Below, in pieces: positions 1 to 9,352 of a DNA stretch of 64,000 nt. The stretch is taken from positions 139,565 to 203,564 of the forward strand of contig CAVTDQ010000002.1 of the NCBI GenBank assembly GCA_963733545.1, written 5' to 3'. The stretch comes from Terriglobia bacterium (GTDB taxonomy: Bacteria > Acidobacteriota > Terriglobia > Terriglobales > Acidobacteriaceae). Made by a program: the position numbers and the translations under genes. The notes under the pieces were generated by a model. That model saw only the letters and a program-made list of their open reading frames with translations, was not told where the DNA came from and did not search any database. Numbering within the stretch: position 1 is the first letter of the stretch; the number at the start of each line of letters is the position of its first letter.

Positions 1-479
1 CCCTCAAGATCGTGGGCAAACTTGCGGTCGATGTGGACTGGAGTAACTTCAGAACCCAGGGATTTGGCGTAGTTCTCCAGAGCCTCAAATGTCGGCAACG
101 CCTGTATGAGTTTCTTTGAGTTGCCGAGAAAGGCGCAGGCCGCAACACGCAGCAACTCGGTTGACCCGCAACCGAAGAGTATTCGCTCCGGTTTGACCCG
201 GTGATGGTTGGCGATCTGCTCGGTTACCTCGTCATATTTTAAAAAAGCATAGCGATTGACTTTGCCGGTGGCGCCACGAATCGCGTTGGCGACGCGCGCG
301 GATGGACCATAAGGATTCTCATTACTGTTCAGGAGAAGGAAGCCATCGGCACCGTTGGCCCGAATCGGCTCCGCCGATTGAGCCGCCGAGATAGTTTCCA
401 GGGGCCAGCGCATTGCAGCCGCCCCGGCGGCCGTGCCTATGCCAAGGGAGCGGAGAAAATGCCTACGCGAGCCGGTCAT
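1..479 (-). CDS. HisC-like (class I/II fold) PLP-dependent aminotransferase with a twin-arginine signal. Only the N-terminal ~159 codons are present; the 3' end lies outside the window.
   Basis: Hand translation of the minus strand from ATG at 479 gives MTGSRRHFLRSLGIGTAAGAAAMRWPLETISAAQ...LLLNSNENPYGPSARVANAIR...ILFGCGSTELL. The RRxFL Tat motif is followed by the NENPxGPS block typical of histidinol-phosphate aminotransferase-family enzymes. The frame stays open to the window edge, which is why it is absent from the ORF track. Confidence 0.7.
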   Translation of the reverse strand, partial: MTGSRRHFLRSLGIGTAAGAAAMRWPLETISAAQSAEPIRANGADGFLLLNSNENPYGPSARVANAIRGATGKVNRYAFLKYDEVTEQIANHHRVKPERILFGCGSTELLRVAACAFLGNSKKLIQALPTFEALENYAKSLGSEVTPVHIDRKFAHDLE

Positions 480-734
480 GCCCCTCCATTCTCGGCCTCA
501 ACGATAGTCCGGAAACAAGTCCCCTGCCCAAAAGGAATGCGGCAAGTCGCATTTTCGAGTGGTTAATAATTGAAGCTAAGATTCTAAATCAAATCTCGAA
601 TAGTTTACCCGGAGTGCGATCGCAGGATGTTGCCTGCGGTGGCACGGCCGCCCGGGTTGTTCAGGAAACAACCTCCGGCACAGAGTCGTCGAACCAACTC
701 TGAGAGCTCGAACCCGCATCACAGCGCCACATTC

Positions 735-1502
735 ATGAGACTAAATAACAAGAACGCTCTGATCACCGGCGGAGATCAGGGAATCGGGCGTGAGATTGCA
801 TTGCGATTCGCCCGCGAGGGAGCGGATGTGGTCATCAGCTTTCACTCGCACCTCGAGAATGCCAAGCAGACCGTCTCCGACATTCAAAATATTGGCCGCC
901 GGGCCGCAGCACTCCAGGGGGACGTCAGCGTAACCTCGGAACTGTCAAAGTTTTACTCAGACGCAGTGGCGGCCATCGGGCCCTTTGATGTTCTGGTGAA
1001 TAACGCTGGTGTCGAGCGACGGGCGGAATTTCTGCAGGCTACCGAGCAAGACTATGACGCGGTGCTTGATACCAATTTGAAGGGTCCGTTCTTCCTCACG
1101 CAGTTGTTTGCCCGCGATCTTGTCGCATCGAAGCGCAGAGGGAAAGTCATCAATATTAGTTCTGTACACGAAGAACTGCCGTTCCCCAACTTCGCCTCCT
1201 ACTGCGCGTCAAAGGGCGGACTCAAGATGCTCTGCCGCGACCTCGCCATCGAACTGGCGCCCCACGGCATCACTGTAAATAACATTGCTCCCGGCGCCAT
1301 CAAGACGCCGATCAATGAAAAACTTCTTTCCGACCCGGCAAAAATGAAATCGCTTCTGGAAAATATCCCGCTGGGCCGCATGGGTAAACCCGAAGATGTC
1401 GCAGGCTGTGCGGCATTCCTGGCCTCATCCGACGCAGACTATGTCACCGGGGCAACCCTGCTGGTGGACGGCGGGCTCTTGTTTAACTATCACGAACAGT
1501 AG
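735..1502 (+). CDS. Short-chain dehydrogenase/reductase (glucose 1-dehydrogenase / 3-oxoacyl-ACP reductase-like)
   Basis: Lies in ORF 627..1502. ATG at 735 gives MRLNNKNALITGGDQGIGREIA (TGxxxGIG Rossmann motif). Also has NNAG and the catalytic S...YCASK (YxxxK). The 36 codons upstream of 735 look non-coding. Confidence 0.85.
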   Translation: MRLNNKNALITGGDQGIGREIALRFAREGADVVISFHSHLENAKQTVSDIQNIGRRAAALQGDVSVTSELSKFYSDAVAAIGPFDVLVNNAGVERRAEFLQATEQDYDAVLDTNLKGPFFLTQLFARDLVASKRRGKVINISSVHEELPFPNFASYCASKGGLKMLCRDLAIELAPHGITVNNIAPGAIKTPINEKLLSDPAKMKSLLENIPLGRMGKPEDVAGCAAFLASSDADYVTGATLLVDGGLLFNYHEQ

Positions 1503-1557
1503 AGGAGGCGATGATCCGTGGAAGGAACGCCTCCACGTGATTTGTGTGCTTACGGGC

Positions 1558-1824
1558 CTAATTTAGCGATTGCGCGCTCGGCTCTACCGCCTGGAAGTCG
1601 GCTGCGGTGAGCACAACCGGCTCCACAACAGGTATCAACTCGGCATCGGCGCCGACTTCTGGCAAGGCGAAAGCACGGGAGCGCTTGTGGGCAGCCATGT
1701 GTTTCAGCATGTCGGTCGCAGACTGCAGAGGATTCTGACAAATATCGTTCATGCTGATCGCGTGTCCGCAATCGATACAGGTCATGACCGTGTTGCCTAC
1801 AACTTTTCTGGTTGTCTTATACAT
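1558..1824 (-). CDS. Hypothetical small protein (88 aa)
   Basis: ORF-track entry MYKTTRKVVGNTVMTCIDCGH... fills the gap between convergent neighbours. A purine-rich GGAAGA precedes the ATG. No family recognised. Confidence 0.3.
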   Translation of the reverse strand: MYKTTRKVVGNTVMTCIDCGHAISMNDICQNPLQSATDMLKHMAAHKRSRAFALPEVGADAELIPVVEPVVLTAADFQAVEPSAQSLN

Positions 1825-1910
1825 TCTTCCAGCCTACGCCCTATTTCTGCGTTGTGCCGTGCTCATTGGGCCAACGACTGATGAGCGGGTCACTATAACC
1901 ACCCCACCCC

Positions 1911-1963
1911 TTGTCATTCCGAAGCCGGGTGCAGCGGCGAAATGCCGTGCTTAGGAATGACAA
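1911..1963. repeat. Imperfect long hairpin / REP-like palindromic element in an intergenic region
   Basis: 10-bp perfect arms TTGTCATTCC (1911-1920) and GGAATGACAA (1954-1963) flank a GC-rich partly self-complementary core (GCAGCGGCGAAATGCCGTGC). No U-run follows. Confidence 0.4.
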
Positions 1964-2043
1964 TCCCTTAAGGACTTTCAACCGCACGTCTACCAGCAAG
2001 GGACGTTGGTGTGAGATACCTATCGGGGGTAAACTTTCACGCT

Positions 2044-2937
2044 ATGAATTCATCTTCCATCTCACTCAAACCGGTTGGAATTTGGACGGGTGCCTTCGAG
2101 CTGCAACCTGCCACGCGCATGCAAGAAGCAGCCGCGGAGTTGGAGCAACTGGGGTACGGCGCAATCTGGTTCAGCGAAGCCGTGGGACGTGAAAGCTTCA
2201 CCCAAGCCGGCCTGTTGCTTAGTGCAACCTCCCGCATCGTGGTTGCAACCGGTATTGCCAACATTTACGCGCGCGATCCTTTCTCCATGTCTGCCGGGCA
2301 AAAAACTTTGTCCGAGGCTTATCCAGAGCGTTTTATTCTGGGCCTTGGCGTAAGTCACATTCCGTTGGTGGAGAAATTGCGCGGCCATCGTTACGATAAG
2401 CCTCTGGCCAAGATGCGCGAGTATTTGAACGCCATGAGCGCGGCTCGGTATCTCAGTGTCAAGCCGCAATCGACTACTCGTGTGCTTGCGGCGCTCGGCC
2501 CCAAGATGCTGCAATTGGCTGCGGAGCAGGCCGACGGCGCTCACCCTTACAACGTAACCCCGGAACACACTGCGAAAGCCCGCGCGATACTCGGACTCAA
2601 GCCGCTGTTGTGTCCGGAGCAAGCTGTGGTTCTGGAAACTAATCCCTCCAAGGCGCGGGAAATCGCCCGATCTTTTCTCGGAATTTATCTTTCGCTCCCG
2701 AATTACACAAACAACTTTCTAAGAGAAGGCTTCGAGGAAGCTGACTACAAGAACGGCGGAAGCGATCGTTTGATCGACGCCATAGTCGCGTGGGGCGATC
2801 TGGCTACAGTCTGCAGGCGAATCCGCGACCACCATGCCGCCGGAGCAAATCACGTCTGCATTCAGGTGTTGTCTGCGGACCCGAACGTATTGCCGATGAG
2901 GGAGTGGAGGGAACTTGCTGCCGCACTCATTACATAA
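2044..2937 (+). CDS. Luciferase-like monooxygenase family oxidoreductase (LLM class, F420-dependent type)
   Basis: Lies in ORF 2011..2937. ATG at 2044 gives MNSSSISLKPVGIWTGAFE...AAAELEQLGYGAIWFSEAVGRE...GLGVSH, a pattern typical of LLM-class oxidoreductases. Confidence 0.75.
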   Translation: MNSSSISLKPVGIWTGAFELQPATRMQEAAAELEQLGYGAIWFSEAVGRESFTQAGLLLSATSRIVVATGIANIYARDPFSMSAGQKTLSEAYPERFILGLGVSHIPLVEKLRGHRYDKPLAKMREYLNAMSAARYLSVKPQSTTRVLAALGPKMLQLAAEQADGAHPYNVTPEHTAKARAILGLKPLLCPEQAVVLETNPSKAREIARSFLGIYLSLPNYTNNFLREGFEEADYKNGGSDRLIDAIVAWGDLATVCRRIRDHHAAGANHVCIQVLSADPNVLPMREWRELAAALIT

Positions 2938-3079
2938 TGATCCCGCTTTGTGGAAATACTTTCCGTTTGAAGTGATTCCTGATCTGTTGAACCTGGGGCT
3001 CCAAGATAGCCAGACTGAGCCTGCAACGAAACCGCGCCTGTCCGCTGTTCTAGTTGGAATTCGGCAAACCAGAGAGCCG

Positions 3080-5269
3080 ATGGTTCGCTTGATGAAATTG
3101 AGGAAACAGTTGATACGAATCGCAGCCGTTCTATGGGTCGTTGTTCTTGCTGTTGCCGCAAACTCGCAGATCCGTACTGAGGCTGCGAACCCTCCTGCAA
3201 AACCGGTGCCACCCTCTTTCTCTGGGACGGCGCACGTGGACAGAATTCCGGCGCAAGAGCAGCGCGACTGGCCGGCATACGGAAGCTCGTCCGAAAACAA
3301 TCATTACTCACCTCTGACACAGATAAACCGCGGCAACGTCAAACATCTGGCGCTGGCATGGAGTTTCGATTCACAGGAGGAAGGCGTCCTGCAGACCAGT
3401 CCGATCGTGGAGGAAGGCGTGCTTTACGGAATCACACCCACCCAGAAGATTTTCGCCTTGGATGCCGCCACCGGCAAGTTGTTCTGGAAGTTTGACTCCG
3501 GGGTGAAAGGAACGCAACCCGATCGCGGGCTCAGCTACTGGGCCGACGGCAATGACAAACGAATACTGGTCGGAGTCATGAATTTCGTCTATGCCCTGAA
3601 CGCAACCACGGGCCAGCCGATTGCCGGTTTCGGAAACCAGGGGCGGATCGATTTGCGTGAAAATCTCGATCGCGAGCCGGCCGCTTCCCAGTCCATCTAT
3701 TTGACCAGTCCGGGAATGGTTTTCGAGGATTTGCTTATCGTCGGCGGCCGCAATCCCGAAACCGCGCCGGCGCCGCCAGGAAGTGTTCGCGCTTTCGACA
3801 TACGAACCGGGAAGCTGCGCTGGTCATTTCACACAATCCCCCATCCCGGCGAAATGGGATACGAAACCTGGCCAAGGGACGCGTGGAAGACCGCCGGCGC
3901 CGCCAACAATTGGGCGGGCATGGCCCTCGATTCGAAACGTGCGATCCTCTACGTGCCAACCGGTTCCGCAGTATTCGATTTCTACGGTGCGGATCGCATC
4001 GGCGACAATCTGTTCGCCAACTGTCTGATCGCGTTGAATGCCCGCACTGGCGAAAGGATCTGGCACTTTCAGGAAGTGCGTCACGATATCTGGGACCGTG
4101 ACTTCCCTGCCGCTCCCGCTCTTCTCACCGTAAGGCGTGACGGCAAGGATATTGACGCCGTCGCCCAAACTACAAAACAAGGGTTCGTGTATCTGTTCGA
4201 TCGAACCAATGGGAATCCGCTTTTTCCCATCGAGTATCACAAATACCCCGCGAGCACGGTCCCGGGTGAAGTCACCGCCTTAGAGCAGCCGCTTCCCACA
4301 CGGCCCGCCCCGTACTCGCGACAGCTTCTGACGGAGGAGCTGTTGACCGACCGCACCCCCGAAGTTCACCAATGGGCTCTGACTCAGTTTCGGAAATTCC
4401 GCAGCGCGGGACAATTTGTGCCGCTCACGGTCGATCAGGATACTGTAATTTTTCCCGGATTCGATGGTGGCGCAGAGTGGGGTGGCCCGGCGGTCGACCC
4501 GGAGACAGGAATTATTTATGTCAATGCCAACGACGTGGCATGGACCGGCGCACTTACGGCAAATACCGGCGAGAATAGCGGTCGGGGAATCTACCTGAGC
4601 CAGTGTGGCGTGTGCCACGGAGAAACCCTGATGGGATCGCCCCCTTCCATCCCTGCCCTCGCCGATTTGGGTGACCGCATAACTTCCAAACAGATTGCGG
4701 AAACCATCAAAAACGGAAAAGGCAGAATGCCTGGATTCCCAAATCTGTCGGATGATCAGATATCCGCACTGACGATGTTTCTGGAGAGCGGTGAGAGTAA
4801 GAAACTCGGCAGCGGCGAGCCAGAGCCGCCCTCACTGAAATATCGCTTTACTGGATATCACAAGTTTCTCGATCCGGAAGGGTATCCAGCAGTTTTGCCT
4901 CCCTGGGGTACGTTGAACGCGATCAATCTGAACACCGGCGACTATGTCTGGAAAATTCCGCTGGGCGAGTATCCCGATCTTGCCCTTCGCGGACAGAATA
5001 AGACCGGCACGGAGAACTACGGCGGCCCGATCGTGACCGCGGGCGGACTGGTATTCATCGGTGCAACCAACTTCGATAAAAAGTTTCGCGCCTTCGATAA
5101 ATCTACCGGTGCACTGCTCTGGGAGACTACACTGCCTTTCGCAGGCAACGCGACTCCGGTCACTTATGAAATAAATGGGCGTCAGTATGTTGTGATCGCG
5201 GCCGGCGGCGGCAAGGATCCAAAATCTCGTCCCGGCGGAGTCTACGAAGCGTTCGCATTGCCTCGGTGA
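3080..5269 (+). CDS. PQQ-dependent (quinoprotein) sugar/alcohol dehydrogenase with an embedded class I cytochrome c domain; secreted
   Basis: Lies in ORF 2915..5269. ATG at 3080 gives a signal-like MVRLMKLRKQLIRIAAVLWVVVLAVAANS. The quinoprotein N-terminal block is DWPAYGSSSENNHYSPLTQINRGNVKHLALAWSF. The heme motif CGVCH (4604-4618) plus GRMPGF is followed by further propeller blades (GGLVFIGATNFDKKFRAFDKSTGALLWE). Confidence 0.85.
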   Translation: MVRLMKLRKQLIRIAAVLWVVVLAVAANSQIRTEAANPPAKPVPPSFSGTAHVDRIPAQEQRDWPAYGSSSENNHYSPLTQINRGNVKHLALAWSFDSQEEGVLQTSPIVEEGVLYGITPTQKIFALDAATGKLFWKFDSGVKGTQPDRGLSYWADGNDKRILVGVMNFVYALNATTGQPIAGFGNQGRIDLRENLDREPAASQSIYLTSPGMVFEDLLIVGGRNPETAPAPPGSVRAFDIRTGKLRWSFHTIPHPGEMGYETWPRDAWKTAGAANNWAGMALDSKRAILYVPTGSAVFDFYGADRIGDNLFANCLIALNARTGERIWHFQEVRHDIWDRDFPAAPALLTVRRDGKDIDAVAQTTKQGFVYLFDRTNGNPLFPIEYHKYPASTVPGEVTALEQPLPTRPAPYSRQLLTEELLTDRTPEVHQWALTQFRKFRSAGQFVPLTVDQDTVIFPGFDGGAEWGGPAVDPETGIIYVNANDVAWTGALTANTGENSGRGIYLSQCGVCHGETLMGSPPSIPALADLGDRITSKQIAETIKNGKGRMPGFPNLSDDQISALTMFLESGESKKLGSGEPEPPSLKYRFTGYHKFLDPEGYPAVLPPWGTLNAINLNTGDYVWKIPLGEYPDLALRGQNKTGTENYGGPIVTAGGLVFIGATNFDKKFRAFDKSTGALLWETTLPFAGNATPVTYEINGRQYVVIAAGGGKDPKSRPGGVYEAFALPR

Positions 5270-5337
5270 TGGGTCAATCCGAATCAGGTGGATTGGAACA
5301 GTACTGTTCTATTAGACGAACGATCTGGAGGTCAGAG

Positions 5338-6261
5338 ATGGCGAAGTCCAGGAGAGAATTCCTGATACAGGGCGCGAGCGCAATTGCCGCAGCATCGCTG
5401 CTGGGCGGCAACCCCATGCGATTGCGTGCCAACCCGTTGGGCCGCCCCATCGGCTTGCAGCTCTATGCCGTCACCGAACAACTGGAGAAAGATTTCGATG
5501 GAACCCTGGCCCAGGTGAGCGCAATCGGATACAAGGAGGTGGAAATGGCCGGCTTCTTTGGCAAGAAGCCCAGCCAGTTCAAAAGTTCTCTGGACCGCGC
5601 GGGACTGCACTGCGGCAGCGTCCATATTTTCGGTGGGGGAGGAATTCAGGAAGCGATCGACTACGCCCACGGTGTCGGGGCAAACTACGTCATAAGTTCG
5701 GTCACTCTGCCGGCGCGCGCTCCCATGCCACCAGGAAAGTTCGACCGCAAGTTTTTTATGGATGTATTGGGCAGCCTGACTCTGGAGGATTACAAATCTA
5801 TTGCCGAGCAGTGCAACAAGATGGGAGAGCAGGCAAAACAGGCCGGACTGAAGTTTGGATATCACAATCACAATTTCGAATTCAAACCATATAGCGGAGG
5901 AATCGGTTACGACGAAATAATCAAGTTAACCGATCCGACGCTGGTGAATTTCGAGCTTGATTGCGGATGGATGGTCGCCGCCGGCCACGACCCGGTTGCA
6001 TATCTGACTAAGTTCCCGTCCCGTTATCGCCTCTTACACATCAAAGACTTCAAAGCGACGCCTGCGCCCTCGGTTGAACTGGATGCCAAGCCGGTAGCCA
6101 CCGAACTCGGCCGCGGCCATGTCGATTACAAACCCATCTTCGCTGCCGCCAAGAAAGCGTCGGTCGAGCAGTATTACGTGGAGCAGGAGCCGCCCTTTGT
6201 CGAAATGCCGGCAATCGAAGCGATCAAGGTTGATTACGAATACCTGCACGGTATGAACTAA
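5338..6261 (+). CDS. Sugar phosphate isomerase/epimerase (xylose isomerase-like TIM barrel) with Tat signal
   Basis: Lies in ORF 5266..6261. ATG at 5338 is preceded by GGAG and gives MAKSRREFLIQGASAIAAASLLGG (twin-arginine signal). The body resembles AP endonuclease 2 / xylose isomerase-like TIM barrels (GYKEVEMAGF...FGYHNHNFEF...LHIKD). Confidence 0.8.
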   Translation: MAKSRREFLIQGASAIAAASLLGGNPMRLRANPLGRPIGLQLYAVTEQLEKDFDGTLAQVSAIGYKEVEMAGFFGKKPSQFKSSLDRAGLHCGSVHIFGGGGIQEAIDYAHGVGANYVISSVTLPARAPMPPGKFDRKFFMDVLGSLTLEDYKSIAEQCNKMGEQAKQAGLKFGYHNHNFEFKPYSGGIGYDEIIKLTDPTLVNFELDCGWMVAAGHDPVAYLTKFPSRYRLLHIKDFKATPAPSVELDAKPVATELGRGHVDYKPIFAAAKKASVEQYYVEQEPPFVEMPAIEAIKVDYEYLHGMN

Positions 6262-6298
6262 CCGCTTCTGCTAGTTCGGATTTCTGGGACACTGCAAT

Positions 6299-7936
6299 TT
6301 ATCGGCTCAGACTTTCTTCCGACGCCAGCACTTTTGCGTATGCTGGCAACGTCAGGAAATCTATAAATTTGTCTGCCTGCAACAACTGCCGCATCAGGTC
6401 TGCGGCTTGCTCATAGGCTCGATAACGCGCCGCGTCCACCTTCGCTTTCTCCTGCTCCAGCTTTTCTGTGATTAATTGGTCAACTAAAGCGGCGGTTACT
6501 TCGCGCCCGTCGTCGAGGCAGGCATGATGATGTACCCATTGCCATAGTTGCGCGCGGCTGATCTCCGCGGTCGCGGCATCTTCCATCAGGTTGAACAGTG
6601 GCACGCAGCCGATACCGCGTAGCCATGCCTCGACGTACCCCAATCCCACCGCTACATTCTGCCGCAACCCGGCTTCAGTAATCGTACCTTCAGGAACGCG
6701 CAACAGGTCTTCCTGGGTGACGACCAACTCCGGCAGTTGCTTGTCGATCTGATTCGGCTGCGGCATGATGCGGTTAAATACCTCCAGCGCTACCGGCACC
6801 AGCCCGGGATGAGCCACCCAGGTGCCGTCGTGTCCATCGCTTGCTTCCCGCTCCTTGTCCGCTCTCACCTGCGCCAGCGCCTTTTCGTTCGCGACCGGAT
6901 CGGTCTTGATCGGAATGAATGCGCTCATCCCGCCGATTGCGCTCACTTTTCTCTTGTGACAAGTCTTGATCGCCAGCCTGGAATAGCTCCGCATGAAGTG
7001 CGTTGCCATCGTCACCTGGACCCGATCCGGCAGCAAAAGGCTTTTACTTCCGGCAAATTTCTTGATGAAACTGAAGATGTAGTCCCAGCGTCCGCAATTC
7101 AGGCCCGCCGAATGTTCTCGCAGTTCATAAAGAATTTCGTCCATCTCGAACGCGGCCAGAATGGTCTCGATAAGGACTGTGGCTTTGATCGATCCTTTCT
7201 TTAATCCCAGCGCCGCTTCGGCGTTGTCGAAGACCTCGTTCCACAACCGGGCCTCGAGATGGCTTTCGAGTTTCGGCAAATAAAAGTAGGGTCCCGAACC
7301 TCGGTTCAACAATTCCTTCGCATTATGAAAGGCATACAATCCGAAATCGAAAATCGATCCCGACACCGGCTCGCCGTCCACGAACATATGTCTTTCGTCA
7401 AGATGCCAGCCGCGAGCACGCACGAACAGCACTGCGGGATTTTCATTCAGCTTGTAGTGCTTTCCGGTCGTACCATCCGTGAAAGTAATCGTGCGTCGCA
7501 CGGCGCTCCGTAGATTGAATTGCCCCTCCAGAACGTTCTCCCAGGTGGGTGTGGTGGAGTCTTCGAAGTCCGCCATGAAAACTTTCGCACCCGAGTTCAG
7601 CGCATTGATAATCATCTTTCGCTCTACAGGGCCGGTAATCTCGACTCTCCGGTCCAGCAAATCCGTCGGAAGTTGGGCCACGGTCCAGGCGCTGTCACGT
7701 ATTTCTTTTGTCTCCGGCAGAAAATCAGGGCGTTCGCCAGCATCCAGCCTCGCCTGCCGCTTGACCCGCGCCGCCAATAAGGTCTTGCGTTGTGCATTGA
7801 ACTGCCTTTGCAGGGCAACAACAAATGCGACTGATTCAGGCGTTAATATCTCGGTAGACCGGTCGCTTAGCGGCGCTCGAAATTCCACACCCTCACCAAA
7901 ACTATTCATCTCTTTCCTCTTCTCAAAGATTGTCAT
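6299..7936 (-). CDS. aceB: Malate synthase A
   Basis: 545-aa ORF with malate synthase A blocks [31 protein letters not shown] and [16 protein letters not shown]. Confidence 0.95.
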   Translation of the reverse strand: MTIFEKRKEMNSFGEGVEFRAPLSDRSTEILTPESVAFVVALQRQFNAQRKTLLAARVKRQARLDAGERPDFLPETKEIRDSAWTVAQLPTDLLDRRVEITGPVERKMIINALNSGAKVFMADFEDSTTPTWENVLEGQFNLRSAVRRTITFTDGTTGKHYKLNENPAVLFVRARGWHLDERHMFVDGEPVSGSIFDFGLYAFHNAKELLNRGSGPYFYLPKLESHLEARLWNEVFDNAEAALGLKKGSIKATVLIETILAAFEMDEILYELREHSAGLNCGRWDYIFSFIKKFAGSKSLLLPDRVQVTMATHFMRSYSRLAIKTCHKRKVSAIGGMSAFIPIKTDPVANEKALAQVRADKEREASDGHDGTWVAHPGLVPVALEVFNRIMPQPNQIDKQLPELVVTQEDLLRVPEGTITEAGLRQNVAVGLGYVEAWLRGIGCVPLFNLMEDAATAEISRAQLWQWVHHHACLDDGREVTAALVDQLITEKLEQEKAKVDAARYRAYEQAADLMRQLLQADKFIDFLTLPAYAKVLASEESLSR

Positions 7937-8012
7937 CGGCTGCGGGCGGCAATCCGTCGCACACGATTATCTGATGGACAGGGACTGCCAGGTTAGAAAC
8001 ATTGCCGTTAAG

Positions 8013-8045
8013 AAAAACCCTGAAAGATTTACTTTCAGGGTTTGG
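8013..8045 (-). terminator. Rho-independent terminator downstream of the cupin gene
   Basis: Perfect stem AAACCCTGAAAG / CTTTCAGGGTTT (8015-8026 / 8033-8043) with a 6-nt loop. On the minus strand it is followed by TTTTTCT. Confidence 0.6.
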
Positions 8046-8089
8046 TTTGCTCTTCAAGATCAGCTCTTTGCCCGGCGCGATTCGAATAC

Positions 8090-8533
8090 TTATTTCGCAG
8101 GAATGCTATCGAACTTCCCTGACCCCTCCTCGTAGAAGAGTGCGCCTTCCGTTTTGTCCCCGCCGCTCCAGTGTTTGTGGCCGCCCGGAACGCTCAGGAA
8201 ATCTCCCGGTCCAACCCGTTTTTCGCCTGCCTCATCTTTGTATAGATAGGCGCCTTTGAGAACAACAATCGAAATGTTGCTCGTGTGGGTGTGCATTCCC
8301 GCATCGAATCCGGGCTCGAATTTCGTGAACGTGGCGTGGGCACCCTTGCCAGCGTCCCCCCAAAGCGGCGCCATGGAGACGCCTTTGGTGGGCGACTGCT
8401 TGTACGCCGCGCTATCTGCAGCCACGTAGACAACGTCCTTCATTTTTGACGAGGCTTTTTGGGCCTGGACCACCGCCACCGTCACGGCAACAATCAGAAA
8501 CGCTGCAGCGGACACGATCAGTGATTTTTTCAT
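8090..8533 (-). CDS. Secreted cupin domain protein
   Basis: Signal peptide MKKSLIVSAAAFLIVAVTVAVVQAQ. Cupin-type His cluster GMHTHTSN...GGHKHW. Confidence 0.75.
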   Translation of the reverse strand: MKKSLIVSAAAFLIVAVTVAVVQAQKASSKMKDVVYVAADSAAYKQSPTKGVSMAPLWGDAGKGAHATFTKFEPGFDAGMHTHTSNISIVVLKGAYLYKDEAGEKRVGPGDFLSVPGGHKHWSGGDKTEGALFYEEGSGKFDSIPAK

Positions 8534-8674
8534 TCATTCTCCTCCGTATTTGCCTCAGCCGGGACAAGTTATCCCGTACAGCGGCAACGGTTATACACCA
8601 CGGTCGCCTGATTGCAAATGGAAATCCCCTGATTACACGCTTCTGTTTCGCTCGACGCATGCCGCGATCATGGT

Positions 8675-9352
8675 TTATGCCCGGGCTTTGAGAGGAGAGA
8701 GTTTGGGAGGCCTGGTTCCGCGGCGAATCGCGGACGCCACCGGCACGTAATCCAATTCCAGGCGTGATTCGGCGCAGCGCAGCATCAGCCCGCCCCGGCT
8801 CATATCACCGCGTCCTACAAATTTTTCAGGAAACAACAAGTCTGATCCGAAAACTTCAAGCAACGGGTCGACATATTTTCCGGTGGCGATACTGCCGAGC
8901 AGAACAATCCTGGAACCTGGAGGAAGCCGGCCGGCCAGCGCCCGGGCATCGCGAACGAGAGGTTCGCGGTATCGACGGTCGCCCAGATCGATGGGGACCT
9001 CCGACATTTCTGTCAGGTCATTCATTGTGATGGTAGTCTCTGGCGGCAGAAGCCCCCGCGAACTGGTCAGTGCCAGTATTGGAGATACCCCCGGCGGCGA
9101 ATTGCCAAAAGCTTTGGCGTAGGCGAGTTTGCCGCGAAAATACAGGCTGCTGATAAAACTGAAAACTTCGCCCAGAGGCGCGCCCTGTTGCCGGAGCCGA
9201 TTCGCAAGTTCGAATCGAGAGTCTATGTTTAACAGCAGCCGCCCGCGCAGCGCGGAGGAATTCGCCGGAGAAAGCAGGAACACCCTGGGAGCCGACGGTT
9301 CCGCAACAGGCTTCGGTGAAATATCTTCGGAAACAGGGCCTTGACTCACCAC
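8675..9352 (-). CDS. Conserved-looking hypothetical protein (225 aa), function unknown
   Basis: GTG start at 9352 with GGAG 7 nt upstream. Non-repetitive, globular-looking sequence (RVFLLSPANSSALRGRLLLN...FISSLYFRGKLAYAKAF...IVLLGSIATGKYVDPLLEVFGSDLLFPEKFVGRGDMSRGGLMLRC). No family recognised. Confidence 0.6.
   Translation of the reverse strand: MVSQGPVSEDISPKPVAEPSAPRVFLLSPANSSALRGRLLLNIDSRFELANRLRQQGAPLGEVFSFISSLYFRGKLAYAKAFGNSPPGVSPILALTSSRGLLPPETTITMNDLTEMSEVPIDLGDRRYREPLVRDARALAGRLPPGSRIVLLGSIATGKYVDPLLEVFGSDLLFPEKFVGRGDMSRGGLMLRCAESRLELDYVPVASAIRRGTRPPKLSPLKARA

Noticed and set aside
8675-9352. The idea that the 225-aa protein is a uracil-DNA-glycosylase-fold enzyme, based on the LLGSIATGKY...GGLMLR pattern
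   Set aside because: The diagnostic UDG motifs (GE[A/G]PG-type motif A and HPS-type motif B) are absent. The resemblance is superficial, so the protein is left as unknown.
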